Notes under the pieces: model-generated | Seen by the model: only the letters and a program-made list of their open reading frames with translations | Databases searched by the model: none | What the model was told of the DNA's origin: nothing | Shown: positions 17,556-27,300 of the stretch, one piece after another | How the letters are laid out: every line of letters begins with the position of its first letter | Numbering within the stretch: position 1 is the first letter of the stretch | Program-made: the position numbers and the translations under genes | Virus record (IMG/VR): IMGVR_UViG_3300045988_179268 | Coordinates: 64,001-128,000 of that record | Reading direction: 5' to 3' (one strand) | DNA length: 64,000 nt | From: a virus

Positions 17556-20156
17556 ATGAACCAGGAAGCGCTAAATTACCAACGAGAAGGTAATGAGGTG
17601 CCCAATGATAGTCAGAAACCAGCTGAAAACTCGGCTGTAAACGACTTTGTGGGCAATCTGATATACACGCTCATCAAATGGGCGTTCATTATCATCGCCG
17701 TAGTGCTTTGTAGCCCAGCACTCATCGCCGCCACCATCATCATCAGCTGGTCATACTACTACCTGACCCGAAGGAAAATGATGCAAGCCTCCGAAGTGGG
17801 GTTATATATGGGCGGCACGGCGTTAGGCGGGTTACTTCTCTGGTTCATCTTAGATGTCCCGAAGAAGTTTGCCAGCGCCTTCAACTCACTGATGCAAGCA
17901 CCCGGCGAATACCTCTCACCAACAGGGATATTTGACCTTGTTGGCACTTTCAGTACACCCTTCACCATCGCAGGAATCATCCTGGGCGCGCTACTCGGAT
18001 GGGCACTCGCCGCCAAAATCCAATACGACTACAACCATAACGAAGAACTAAAGTACAATGACTCATTCTGGATGAGTGAGAAGAAATTTAAGTACCGCCC
18101 AACCCCAAAACAGCGCCGCAACCGCAACAAACTCGAAGAGGAAATCAGCGAAGGCGCTAACTTCATCCTGCCCAACGAACGCCCAGACATGTCGCCAGGC
18201 GTAGCATACGGCATCAACGAAGAATCAGGCGAAGGCGTATGGTTCACTGTGCCCGAAATTCCCCGCCACGTCATCAAAGTCGGCGCACCTGGTAGTGGCA
18301 AAACTGCAACCACCGAAAGCGAAATTCGCGCCAACGCAAAACTAGGAATCACAAGCATCCTTGTAAACATGAAAGCCGACCTCGGACTTGCCCGAAAACT
18401 AGCGAACTACGCCGCCGAAGAAAACGTAAACTTCTACCATTTTACACAAGGCAACCCCGCCACCGGCGAATACGATAACGCCTACAACCCCCACGGTCCC
18501 GCATACCTTGACCCATTCGCCGGGCTTAAAACAGCTGAAAAGCTGGACATTGCCATCGGCTTCCAGAAATACCAAGACGAGGCTCAGAAATACAAGAACG
18601 ACGTGTGGGCGACCCTCCAGATACTCCTCAAAGCTCTAGACGAACTAGAGGAATACATGAAGGAAAAAGAACGCACTAACCCCGCCGAATATGTCCTCCT
18701 GGCAGACGAACTAGAGCAAGCTGGAATCCCTTGGCATAACGGCGAGTTTAGGCGATTCTGTGGTGCCCTCATGTCCCCCGAAGTGCTACTCAACCACCTA
18801 CCCGAAGGCAACCTCACGGGCGCTGAACTACGCCGCCGAATCCTTGAAGGTGCAAGCGGTAACGTCAAAACATCCTGGGAAACTCCACGTGGCAACGTCA
18901 GCATCATGCTCAACTCAGCATACGGGCGCTGGCTTGGGCTTCCTCAAAATGGGGAGCCCTACATCGACTTTGACAAAATTGTCGCCCCTAACGCAACGCC
19001 GTCCATTGTACTGCTTGATTTCAATGCTGACTCTGAGGTTGAAGTCAGTACCGGCTTCGGTAAGATGCTTGCAAGCCTCCTCACCAGCATGTCATCACAC
19101 CGCCGCCGCGACGACACCCAAAAGCTGAACGTCATCCAAATTTTCTTTGACGAGTTCCAGACCATTCCGCTAACCAGTATCGCAGGTCTGCTGGAAAAAG
19201 CACGCTCCTCAAATGTTGGTATCTCCCTCGGACAGCAGAACCTTGAACAGCTTTACGAAAAGAACGACCCAGCGGCAGTGAACAGCCTCCTAGTGAATGC
19301 AGATACCCTTGTTGTACTAGGCGGCATGAAGGGTGGCGAAACCGCTAAACGCATCGTCACCCTCGCCGGAACCAAAGAAATTAAACGTTACAAAGTGGAC
19401 TCAAAGCGTGAACGTGTCCTTTGGAAGAACCTTATCCAATGGGACGATAACCGCCGCTACTACAAGTCTGTAGAAAAGGTCACCGTCCCCCGCGTCTCCG
19501 AAGAACAGCTCATTAATCTCCGCCGACCTAACCCAGACAAGGGAACCTTCTATACGGAAGGCATGATTATTCGAAAGACCCCGTACATCGACCCCATCAC
19601 AGGTGAAACCCGTGAAAGGATGGACGGCACCCTAACACACATCATCCTCCCTAAACAGGTACTCGAAAAGCTACCCCGCGTACCGTCCGAACCTGTCGTC
19701 CCACCGACTACCACCTACACCCCCAAACACTACCCTAAGCTAAATAAAAAAATCTCAAAGCCTCAACCTAAAACTAGTACTCATGAACAAACCAAAAAAC
19801 AGCAAGCCCCTAAGGTAAGCCCCCAACCAGCCGTGGTAAAGCCTGCACCTAAAGCGCGTCCAGTGGTCACGCCGCCAACAGCCACGCCGCCACCGCCGCC
19901 ACCACAGCCCACAAAAGCTACCCCGCAACCAGCAGGGAACGCTATGAACAAACCAAAGAAACCGCAACTAACCCAAGCCCCCGCGAAAGGACAAAACAAC
20001 GCACAGCCGAAAAAGCCACGGCTAACCCAACCCGCCAAACCCGCCGAAGAAGCACTCCCACCAGTGCAACTCCAACCACGCATCATGCGCGGAGTAATTT
20101 CTGAAAGCGTCCAGACCCGCAAAACCCAACAGACAAAGAAAGACGAGAACCAATAA
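17556..20156 (+). CDS. Type IV secretion coupling protein (VirD4/TraG/TraD-like) with a Pro/Lys/Gln-rich C-terminal tail
   Basis: N-terminal TM helices. Walker A VGAPGSGKTAT. Walker B IQIFFDEFQTI, followed by RSSNVGISLGQQNLEQL (TraG-D_C-like). Tail has near-repeats KPKKPQLTQAP / QPKKPRLTQPA. Confidence 0.8.
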   Translation: MNQEALNYQREGNEVPNDSQKPAENSAVNDFVGNLIYTLIKWAFIIIAVVLCSPALIAATIIISWSYYYLTRRKMMQASEVGLYMGGTALGGLLLWFILDVPKKFASAFNSLMQAPGEYLSPTGIFDLVGTFSTPFTIAGIILGALLGWALAAKIQYDYNHNEELKYNDSFWMSEKKFKYRPTPKQRRNRNKLEEEISEGANFILPNERPDMSPGVAYGINEESGEGVWFTVPEIPRHVIKVGAPGSGKTATTESEIRANAKLGITSILVNMKADLGLARKLANYAAEENVNFYHFTQGNPATGEYDNAYNPHGPAYLDPFAGLKTAEKLDIAIGFQKYQDEAQKYKNDVWATLQILLKALDELEEYMKEKERTNPAEYVLLADELEQAGIPWHNGEFRRFCGALMSPEVLLNHLPEGNLTGAELRRRILEGASGNVKTSWETPRGNVSIMLNSAYGRWLGLPQNGEPYIDFDKIVAPNATPSIVLLDFNADSEVEVSTGFGKMLASLLTSMSSHRRRDDTQKLNVIQIFFDEFQTIPLTSIAGLLEKARSSNVGISLGQQNLEQLYEKNDPAAVNSLLVNADTLVVLGGMKGGETAKRIVTLAGTKEIKRYKVDSKRERVLWKNLIQWDDNRRYYKSVEKVTVPRVSEEQLINLRRPNPDKGTFYTEGMIIRKTPYIDPITGETRERMDGTLTHIILPKQVLEKLPRVPSEPVVPPTTTYTPKHYPKLNKKISKPQPKTSTHEQTKKQQAPKVSPQPAVVKPAPKARPVVTPPTATPPPPPPQPTKATPQPAGNAMNKPKKPQLTQAPAKGQNNAQPKKPRLTQPAKPAEEALPPVQLQPRIMRGVISESVQTRKTQQTKKDENQ

Positions 20157-21385
20157 TGGCTATTAAACACGAACGCAACAATAAGCGACAGGTAAATCCA
20201 GTACAGCCCACAGACCAACCTATTACCTTCAACGAAGACGAAGACAGTACCCTATACGCCAAGAATAACAACGGCGGCGGCATCTCAGTTCTAGGCGACC
20301 CAAAATACGTGAACCTAAAGGACAAAGAGAAACGTGGACGCATCGTCTCATACGTCCTAGCAGGACTACTAGCCACATGCTTCATCGGGAACAGTGTATA
20401 CCAGTTCACCCTACCTAAACCGCCGAGCGACGCAAAAATTGCTTCCATCGCACGTTCAGCAGTAGGGGAGACGGGGTTCAACAAGCAAGCAGGCGAAGAC
20501 ATTGCAGTAAGCTACGTCAAAGCATACCTAAGCCTCAAAACAGACGAAACAGCTGAAAAACAGCTTGCCTGGTATCTTACAGGCGACAGTCTCTCATCAG
20601 CCAGCGACCCTGGCACATCGGGGAATATCCGAACAAGCACAGCAAACGCCGCACAGCAAGTTATCGGAACACCGCAAGTGACAAGGATTGCAGTACATAA
20701 AAACTCAGCCCTTGCAACATACCGAGTTGTGGCACTCGTCAAACCTGCCGCCACCGGAACTGGAACCACAGTGAAGGACGCGGCAAAAAACAATAACCAG
20801 AACGCGGAACTTAAACAAATCTCCATGTCTGTCACCGTAGCTTTCGACAAGGACACCTCGAAATACTACATCGCCACACCACACCCTTCTATCGTCCCTT
20901 CACTATCAATGGGCAAGTCCCAAGAACTAGTTAAGAGCAAAGGCATCCCTGGCGCAAAAATTCAAAATAGCGCCGACACTGATGCTGTTATTCAGGGCTA
21001 TTTTAAGGCTTATGTATCAGCAACCCTGGAAAAGCCAGGCGACCTATCACAGTATGTCCTTGATATTAAGAAGGCAACGGTTGCAACAACCGGGTTCGGC
21101 GGTCAGTACACCATCAACACCAACAGCATCAGCTACGAGGCATACCGCCAAGAAAACGGCGACATCATCGCCAAGGTGAACCTTGAGCTAATTGACGAAC
21201 TTGGTGGGAGCACTGACACCGACACCAAAGAGAGTGCGAAGCAGAACATCACCTATCCGGTAACTTACAAGGTGACTCTCGCTAAGCAGTCTAACGGTAA
21301 GTATCTTGTGTCTAACCTCGAACCGGACGTTTACGACACAGACGCTACCAACATTACCAAATACAGTTCTAGTACTAGTGAATAA
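20156..21385 (+). CDS. Membrane-anchored conjugation protein, TcpC/ConB-like
   Basis: TAATG overlap with the coupling-protein gene. Single TM (IVSYVLAGLLATCFIG) followed by two repeated ~150-aa modules, each with ..SYVKAYLS.. / ..GYFKAYVS.. motifs as in NTF2-like TcpC domains. Confidence 0.45.
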   Translation: MAIKHERNNKRQVNPVQPTDQPITFNEDEDSTLYAKNNNGGGISVLGDPKYVNLKDKEKRGRIVSYVLAGLLATCFIGNSVYQFTLPKPPSDAKIASIARSAVGETGFNKQAGEDIAVSYVKAYLSLKTDETAEKQLAWYLTGDSLSSASDPGTSGNIRTSTANAAQQVIGTPQVTRIAVHKNSALATYRVVALVKPAATGTGTTVKDAAKNNNQNAELKQISMSVTVAFDKDTSKYYIATPHPSIVPSLSMGKSQELVKSKGIPGAKIQNSADTDAVIQGYFKAYVSATLEKPGDLSQYVLDIKKATVATTGFGGQYTINTNSISYEAYRQENGDIIAKVNLELIDELGGSTDTDTKESAKQNITYPVTYKVTLAKQSNGKYLVSNLEPDVYDTDATNITKYSSSTSE

Positions 21386-21431
21386 AACTCCCTGATATAT
21401 ATACAGGGACAATACTAGTATCTTAAAGAAA

Positions 21432-21728
21432 TTGGAGTATATAACCTTGATTACCTCTATCGTCCTCCCTCTAGCGGCAATTGGTCTTAAGCAATGGATT
21501 TGTGGCATCATCGCAATCGTCGTACTCGCCGTTGCCGCTATCCCAATGATTGATGTCATTAAGCAGAGTAGCGTCAAGAAGGGCGCACTGCTCATCCTCT
21601 GCCTGCTTATGGTTGCGGTTGCTGTGTATGCGGCAATGAACTGGATTATCCCAGATAACGCATTCGTCAATGCCGCCGCCGAAAAGGTGGAGAACTTCGG
21701 TACAGACGCACTAAACCAGACAGCATAG
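21432..21728 (+). CDS. Small polytopic membrane protein (T4SS-associated, function unknown)
   Basis: 98 aa with about three hydrophobic helices. TTG start. Lies within the T4SS operon. Confidence 0.5.
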   Translation: MEYITLITSIVLPLAAIGLKQWICGIIAIVVLAVAAIPMIDVIKQSSVKKGALLILCLLMVAVAVYAAMNWIIPDNAFVNAAAEKVENFGTDALNQTA

Positions 21729-21765
21729 CGCACACCATAAAGAAGCATAACTGCTTCTAAACCAA

Positions 21766-21804
21766 AGAAGCCCCTCACCATGAATCCAATGGTGAGGGGC
21801 TTCT
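21766..21804 (+). terminator. Hairpin
   Basis: 16-bp perfect stem: agaagcccctcaccat (21766-21781) with atggtgaggggcttct (21789-21804). Confidence 0.6.
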
Positions 21805-21868
21805 GATATGAAATATACAGCAAAGAACTAACCCACCAAAGAAAACATTAAAGGAGTAGACAAAACTT

Positions 21869-23380
21869 ATGGCATCTACACTTCCCTTCAACCCACTCAA
21901 GTCACTGCCAGGCGAAAAGAAACTTGCCCGCCCTGAAACTAACACCAAGCCACGAGAACTGGACATCCCCCAGAAAACAATCGCCCGAAACATGGTGTTC
22001 AGCGAAACGGAAGTGTGGGCATTCTACAGAATGTCCAGCGCCCAGTTCGACTTCGAATCAATCGACATGAAGTCAGCACTGCTACACATGTCAGCTGAGG
22101 CATACGCAAGCCTGCTAAACCTTAAAGGCGAATCAGACCCAATCCACATTTTCCCTTTCACCCTGTCTACACCTCTTGACCCTAACGTCTTCCTCGCCAC
22201 ATCCTACAACCAGGCACAGGCGCTAGTGAATCCACAGTACGACAACATCATGAAAATCCAAGCGTCCGTCCTCAAAGACGCTAACATCTCCCTCAAAGAT
22301 GCATACCTCGGTGTGCTTCTTGGGGAACGCAAAAAATTCCAGAAAGTCAGCACGAACTCTGACGAGGAACAAGAAGAGAACAACCTTCAAGACGCAAAGA
22401 AAGCATTCTTCGAAGGTGTTAAGCAAGGCTCAAGATTCCTCAAAGAGAACGCAAAACTGTTCCTCGGCATCTACAGTGAACATGTTTCCGACACCGAAGA
22501 ACGTAACGCCGCTAAACGAGAGAAAGTCATCCAGCGCGCCCTGCGCCACAGCATACTCGCCTGCGAACCTCTCACCCGCGACGAAATCCTACTCGCAACC
22601 AAAAGCCTCGTTCACCCCGGCGCGCCCAGCATCCCCCCGCTAGAAATCGACCCCGGTGAACGAGTCGGAAGCCACCAAATTGCCTACGAATACGCACACC
22701 TCATCGACAACTCTAGGAACACTTGTCTAGTTATCACGCAGGAATACACCAAAGCAACCCTGAAAAAGTACGTTGCAACATTCACCGTGTCACAACTTCC
22801 AGAGGTACTAGAGTTCCCCCGTATGCAACCCTTCGCAGAAATCGCAAACTACGCAGTGCCCAACGCAAGCATTTTCGCTCGCCTAGCAATCGTCCCTAAC
22901 ACCGTCATGGGCGAAGCGTTCAGCTTTGTGCGCCAACAGCACATCCTGGAAGCCGAAGACCTCAAAAAGAGTGACGAAACAATCCAGGAATACGGGCACG
23001 CAGGCGTAACCGAACTACAGAAATCTAACGCCCGCCTCGAAATGCTAATGGACGAGAATGAACGAGTCGGTGCGCCCTGGGTTCGCGGCAGTATCCACAT
23101 CCGCGTGTACGGAGACAGCTACGAAGAGCTAGAAGAACAATTCGAAATACTTAAACAGCAGTACCGAAGCCAAAACATCAGCCTACGCTGGACTCGCAAC
23201 AACCAACTAGAACTATTCATGTCAGCATTCCCCGGCTCAAGCCTCTATGTAGGCGGAATAACGAACAACCACGTTCTCTCGAACCAGTTCACCGGCTACC
23301 TGGGACTCAACTTTGCCGCTAACATCGGTGACGAACTCAAACCGAACGCCCTACGTGACAGCACAGCTCCACGCATCTAA
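21869..23380 (+). CDS. VirB4 N-terminal-domain-like protein without a P-loop (compare actinobacterial SCO6880-family proteins)
   Basis: N-terminus ..MVFSETEVWAFYRMSSAQFDFESID.. and C-terminus ..NQLELFMSAFPGSSLY.. resemble the start and end of VirB4/TcpF N-domains. No GxxGxGK[ST] anywhere in the 503 aa. Confidence 0.4.
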   Translation: MASTLPFNPLKSLPGEKKLARPETNTKPRELDIPQKTIARNMVFSETEVWAFYRMSSAQFDFESIDMKSALLHMSAEAYASLLNLKGESDPIHIFPFTLSTPLDPNVFLATSYNQAQALVNPQYDNIMKIQASVLKDANISLKDAYLGVLLGERKKFQKVSTNSDEEQEENNLQDAKKAFFEGVKQGSRFLKENAKLFLGIYSEHVSDTEERNAAKREKVIQRALRHSILACEPLTRDEILLATKSLVHPGAPSIPPLEIDPGERVGSHQIAYEYAHLIDNSRNTCLVITQEYTKATLKKYVATFTVSQLPEVLEFPRMQPFAEIANYAVPNASIFARLAIVPNTVMGEAFSFVRQQHILEAEDLKKSDETIQEYGHAGVTELQKSNARLEMLMDENERVGAPWVRGSIHIRVYGDSYEELEEQFEILKQQYRSQNISLRWTRNNQLELFMSAFPGSSLYVGGITNNHVLSNQFTGYLGLNFAANIGDELKPNALRDSTAPRI

Positions 23381-23404
23381 ACCATAAGGAAGGAGAGCCG
23401 AGAC

Positions 23405-24286
23405 ATGGCTCAAGGTCAAGGTAAACAATCTGGCGGGGTGGTGAAAACGTTTTTTGTCGCAATCATCCTCATCGCCATGCTCAGTTCGCCGTACTTCTTC
23501 GGCGTGGCGAAGACTGGGAGCTTCGACCCTAAAACAGCGCTAACTTACACGTTCAACGTGTTTGGCAACGCAGGCGGAAACTGCCTTGAAAGCACCCTCC
23601 TCAGTTCCAAGGAATGCAAGCTTGTTGCCCCCGGCGTAGGCGGAGGCAACGTAGGTACAGGCGCAGGCGGTAAGCTACCCGAAGCGGCGCTACCCAACAA
23701 ACCTGCAAACAAAACCGCTGAGGCAGTTACCGCCTACGGAAAAGCTTTAGATACCCTCAAAGTATCTAAAGCCGAAGACGCAGAGTTTAAAACCGAAGAC
23801 TGGAACGTTTGGGCTATTAACAGTGACGGTTGTACCACCCGTGCAGAAGTCCTGAAAACCCAAGGTAAAGATGTCGCAACTAAAGACGGCGACCCTGCCT
23901 CATGTGACATCACCGCCGGAACTTGGGTCGGCGCTTACGATGGGAACACCTTCACCGTGAAGCCAGGCGAAAACCCCACTGAACTACGTAAGCACATTAG
24001 CGTAGACCCTATCATCTCCAACAAATACGCCAACAGCCACGGCGCTAAAGGTTGGGATGCTGATAAGAAAAGTGCCTTCGCCAACGACACCACCCAGCTA
24101 GTCGTCGCATCCACTGAATCTGCAAAGGCTAAAGATGGTAAATCGCCTGCCGAGTATATGCCTCAAGCAAGCGAACAATGCCACTACTCCCAGATGTGGA
24201 TTGATACAGCCACCAAATACAATCTAAGCATCACTCAGTCTGATAAGAATGCCCTCCAAAAGGGGCTACAGACCTGCAACAGCTAA
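23405..24286 (+). CDS. Membrane-anchored/secreted DUF1524 (GmrSD C-terminal, His-Me finger) nuclease homologue with substituted catalytic positions
   Basis: N-terminal TM. DGCTTRAEVL .. C.ITAGTWVGAYDG .. FANDTTQLVVAS .. C..Y .. KYNLSITQSD..L..C follows the secreted actinobacterial DUF1524 layout as I remember it. The IDHVV position reads VDPII and the N..KGD position reads AKAKDG. Confidence 0.5.
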   Translation: MAQGQGKQSGGVVKTFFVAIILIAMLSSPYFFGVAKTGSFDPKTALTYTFNVFGNAGGNCLESTLLSSKECKLVAPGVGGGNVGTGAGGKLPEAALPNKPANKTAEAVTAYGKALDTLKVSKAEDAEFKTEDWNVWAINSDGCTTRAEVLKTQGKDVATKDGDPASCDITAGTWVGAYDGNTFTVKPGENPTELRKHISVDPIISNKYANSHGAKGWDADKKSAFANDTTQLVVASTESAKAKDGKSPAEYMPQASEQCHYSQMWIDTATKYNLSITQSDKNALQKGLQTCNS

Positions 24287-24397
24287 CTTAGGCACTGAAA
24301 CCCGCCATACCCCAACCCGGCGGGTTTCGGTGTTTCTGCTATAACCTAAAGAACCCGAAAAATACGTCTGCTATATGGAAAAGCTCTGGAGAAGCGC

Positions 24398-27300
24398 ATG
24401 GCACTAAACAAAACTGCCCTCAACACGGCATCAAACAGCAAGGATACGCATCTTAAACAGCGCCGCTACACCCCGGCGGCGTTACTTGCCGCCATCGTAG
24501 CGCTTCTCCTGCTGACCATCTACCTAGCTACCGGAGGTTCCAACACTGCTAAAACGGTGACCCTAGCCCCCGGTCCATCGCCAGCTGTAACTATCACCGA
24601 AACCGCAAAAGCAAGCGGTATCGGCATCTTCGGTGGTGCCCAAAATCTTGGGCATGGAATGAACCGCCCAAACGCATGGGAAAACAGTTTCAGCACCATC
24701 CCATTAGACAATAAGCAGGGACGAATCTTCACCCTGAAAGAAGCCGTTGGTGGAAACTTAAAATTCACCAACTATGAGGGGGAAGGTGAAGGTGAAGAAG
24801 GGGTTGTCGCCGCTGACCCAGAACGTATGGAAGGCGCACCCAAAACCATTAGCAAAGACTCCGAAAAGCTCACTAAGCTACGCTCAGTGGGCACTATCCT
24901 CGTGGGCGGCGCACTTAACGGTATCGCAGACACCCTAAACGGCGTTACAGGTCTAACCTACGACCTGACCCAGAATTTCGTCACAGCCGCATTCAACCCT
25001 CACACCGTATGTTCCGACCCTAACGATAAAGACTGCGTATTCAACGTCACTAAGCTAGTCTCAGGCGACGGCAAAAACAATAAAGGCATCATCGGAAACG
25101 TCACCGATAGCGTCTACGCCCCGTTCGCAGGTGCCGCCGCACTCATCATCATCGGTGTGGGCGTGTACATTTACGGGCACAAACACAAAAACTTCATGCG
25201 CGCAAGCCTCAACGGACTCTACGTAGTACTTGCAGGCGTACTGGGCTTCGCCGTTCTCTCCAACGCAGGCTTATTCACCAGTATGCCTGTTAGAGTCATG
25301 CAGGAAGTCGGTGGGGCGGCTATGGGTATCACCACCGCCGCTGGCGACGAAGAAACTGGCGCAAGCAAAGACGGCAATACTTCGACAGCATCCGCAATAT
25401 GCAAGTCTAAAGCAGATAACCTCAGCAACTCAGAAAAAACAGTTCTGAACATCAACGCCATGACTTGCACTATTTGGCGTGTCGTAAGGCTAGACCCATT
25501 CGCCCGCGCCCAGTTCGGACGACCCTTCGCACAGCTGGACGTTAAAGACCCAGAAATGGCTGAAATCATCAAAAAGGCTGAGGTAGACCCGAATACTTTC
25601 TGCGTACCCCTGAAAGTTATGGGCACCCCCGCCGACTACCGCAACAAGACCCTGAAACTGGAGGAAAGCAACCACAAAGTCTGTAACGTCGCCGCATACC
25701 AACTGTACCTACAGACAGACGCACAGTTGGGAGACAAAGCTAATGAACGTAAACACGGTGTAGACCCACGGTGGTACAACATCGTCGCTGTCGCGCACGC
25801 AGACGACAGGCTGTGGGACAACTGGTCTTACAGCTGGACATCCGCGTCCAACCGCTTCATGGTGACCACCATCGCCATGCTGTCCTTCGTGCCTATCGCA
25901 ATTGTGATGCTTCTTTTCTCCATCGCATCACTCATTCAGCTGTTCACCGTAGTAATCATGATGATTCTCCTCCCCTTCATCATGATTGCACTAATGGACA
26001 AAAACCGAGGAATGCAAATCGCTAAACGCTACGGCTCCTTCATGGTCGGCGCAGTACTTAGCTTCATCCTCTACAGCACCATCCTCGCCGTTGGTGTCAT
26101 CATCCTATCCGCAATTATCGACAGCGTGGCAGACCTCGCCCTCGTCATGGTCTTCAACATCATTGTCGCCGCCGCACTATGGAAACAGCGCCGCCAGCTT
26201 ATCAGCCTTGTAGAGAACGCAAACCCCATGAGCAACAACTACATGGGTAGCAAGATTGGAAACGTTCTCGACCGACAGAACGCCGCCGGAACCCTCCGAA
26301 GCGGCATGGTTGGCGCACTTAGCGGCGCAAACCTACGCAGTGCATGGCGTAACCGAAACAACGAGAACGCCGAAGGTAAAAAGCCAGGCTTCCTCCGCGC
26401 AGTCAGTAAGAACATGCGTGAAGCTGGTAAGGTTGCCGCTGAGCAGAACATCCTCAGCCGCAAGCCTAACAGCATGGCGGCAACTTCCATCCGCACTCGC
26501 CAGAAGCTTGAAGCAGATAAGATGCAAGAGCTACAGCACTACAACGCCGCAAAGCAGAGCGAGATGGAGACTGTCAGGAGCGACCGTCAGCTTGCCCACA
26601 ACACTGTGGAATACGGTCAGAACGCAACCACAGCACAAGCAAACATCGAGCAGACCGCTGTTGCAGACGCAAACAACGCCGCAAACGTTATGCGTCGCAC
26701 CAACGAGAACATTCAGCGCCTCGTTCTGGAGTTCGCAACCGGCGGCGACGGCTCCGACCGCTTCCAGCGCGAAACCTTCGCAGACATCTTCCGTGCAGAG
26801 CAAGCTATGCAGGCGGCAAGCCATAAGCGTAAGCTGGCTAACATCGTCGGTGACGAGTATGCCGCAATGCAAGCAAGCGCCGAGTACAACCAGGCACGCT
26901 CCCTCAAGGGTCTTTACGAGGAATCCCTCACCCTGCAAGAACGTAGCGCCTACGGCAACGAACTTAACCGCATGTTCCAGGCAGACCCGCTACTCGCCAA
27001 GAGCAAGAGTGCTATCGAGGATGAGTTCGCTCAGGCACGTCAGCGTGACCTCCAAGCAACCGAAGCTGGTATGCAAACCTACCAGGCAACATCTAACGCC
27101 AACAAGTCGCTCACTGGTCTTCTCGACAAGGAACACCAAGAGAAGGCTATGCACTACGCTACAGACGCACGCAAGCGTGCCGAAAACAGCGAAATTGTGA
27201 AGAAGATGAGCGCCGAGGAAGCAACAGCATTCCTTAACAAGACCCACGATGCCGCACTCAAGGAATACCTTGAGAATAACGCACCTGAACAGCGTGAGGG

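Noticed and set aside
19781-20218. 145-aa minus-strand ORF opposite the coupling-protein tail
   Set aside because: Same artefact. It is the complement of Pro/Lys-rich low complexity and has no start context.
26256-27200. 314-aa alternative-frame + ORF inside the 1369-aa membrane protein gene
   Set aside because: It is fully nested in a longer ORF whose product has coherent TM and coiled-coil structure. The nested translation is Ser/Thr/Arg/Pro-rich noise.
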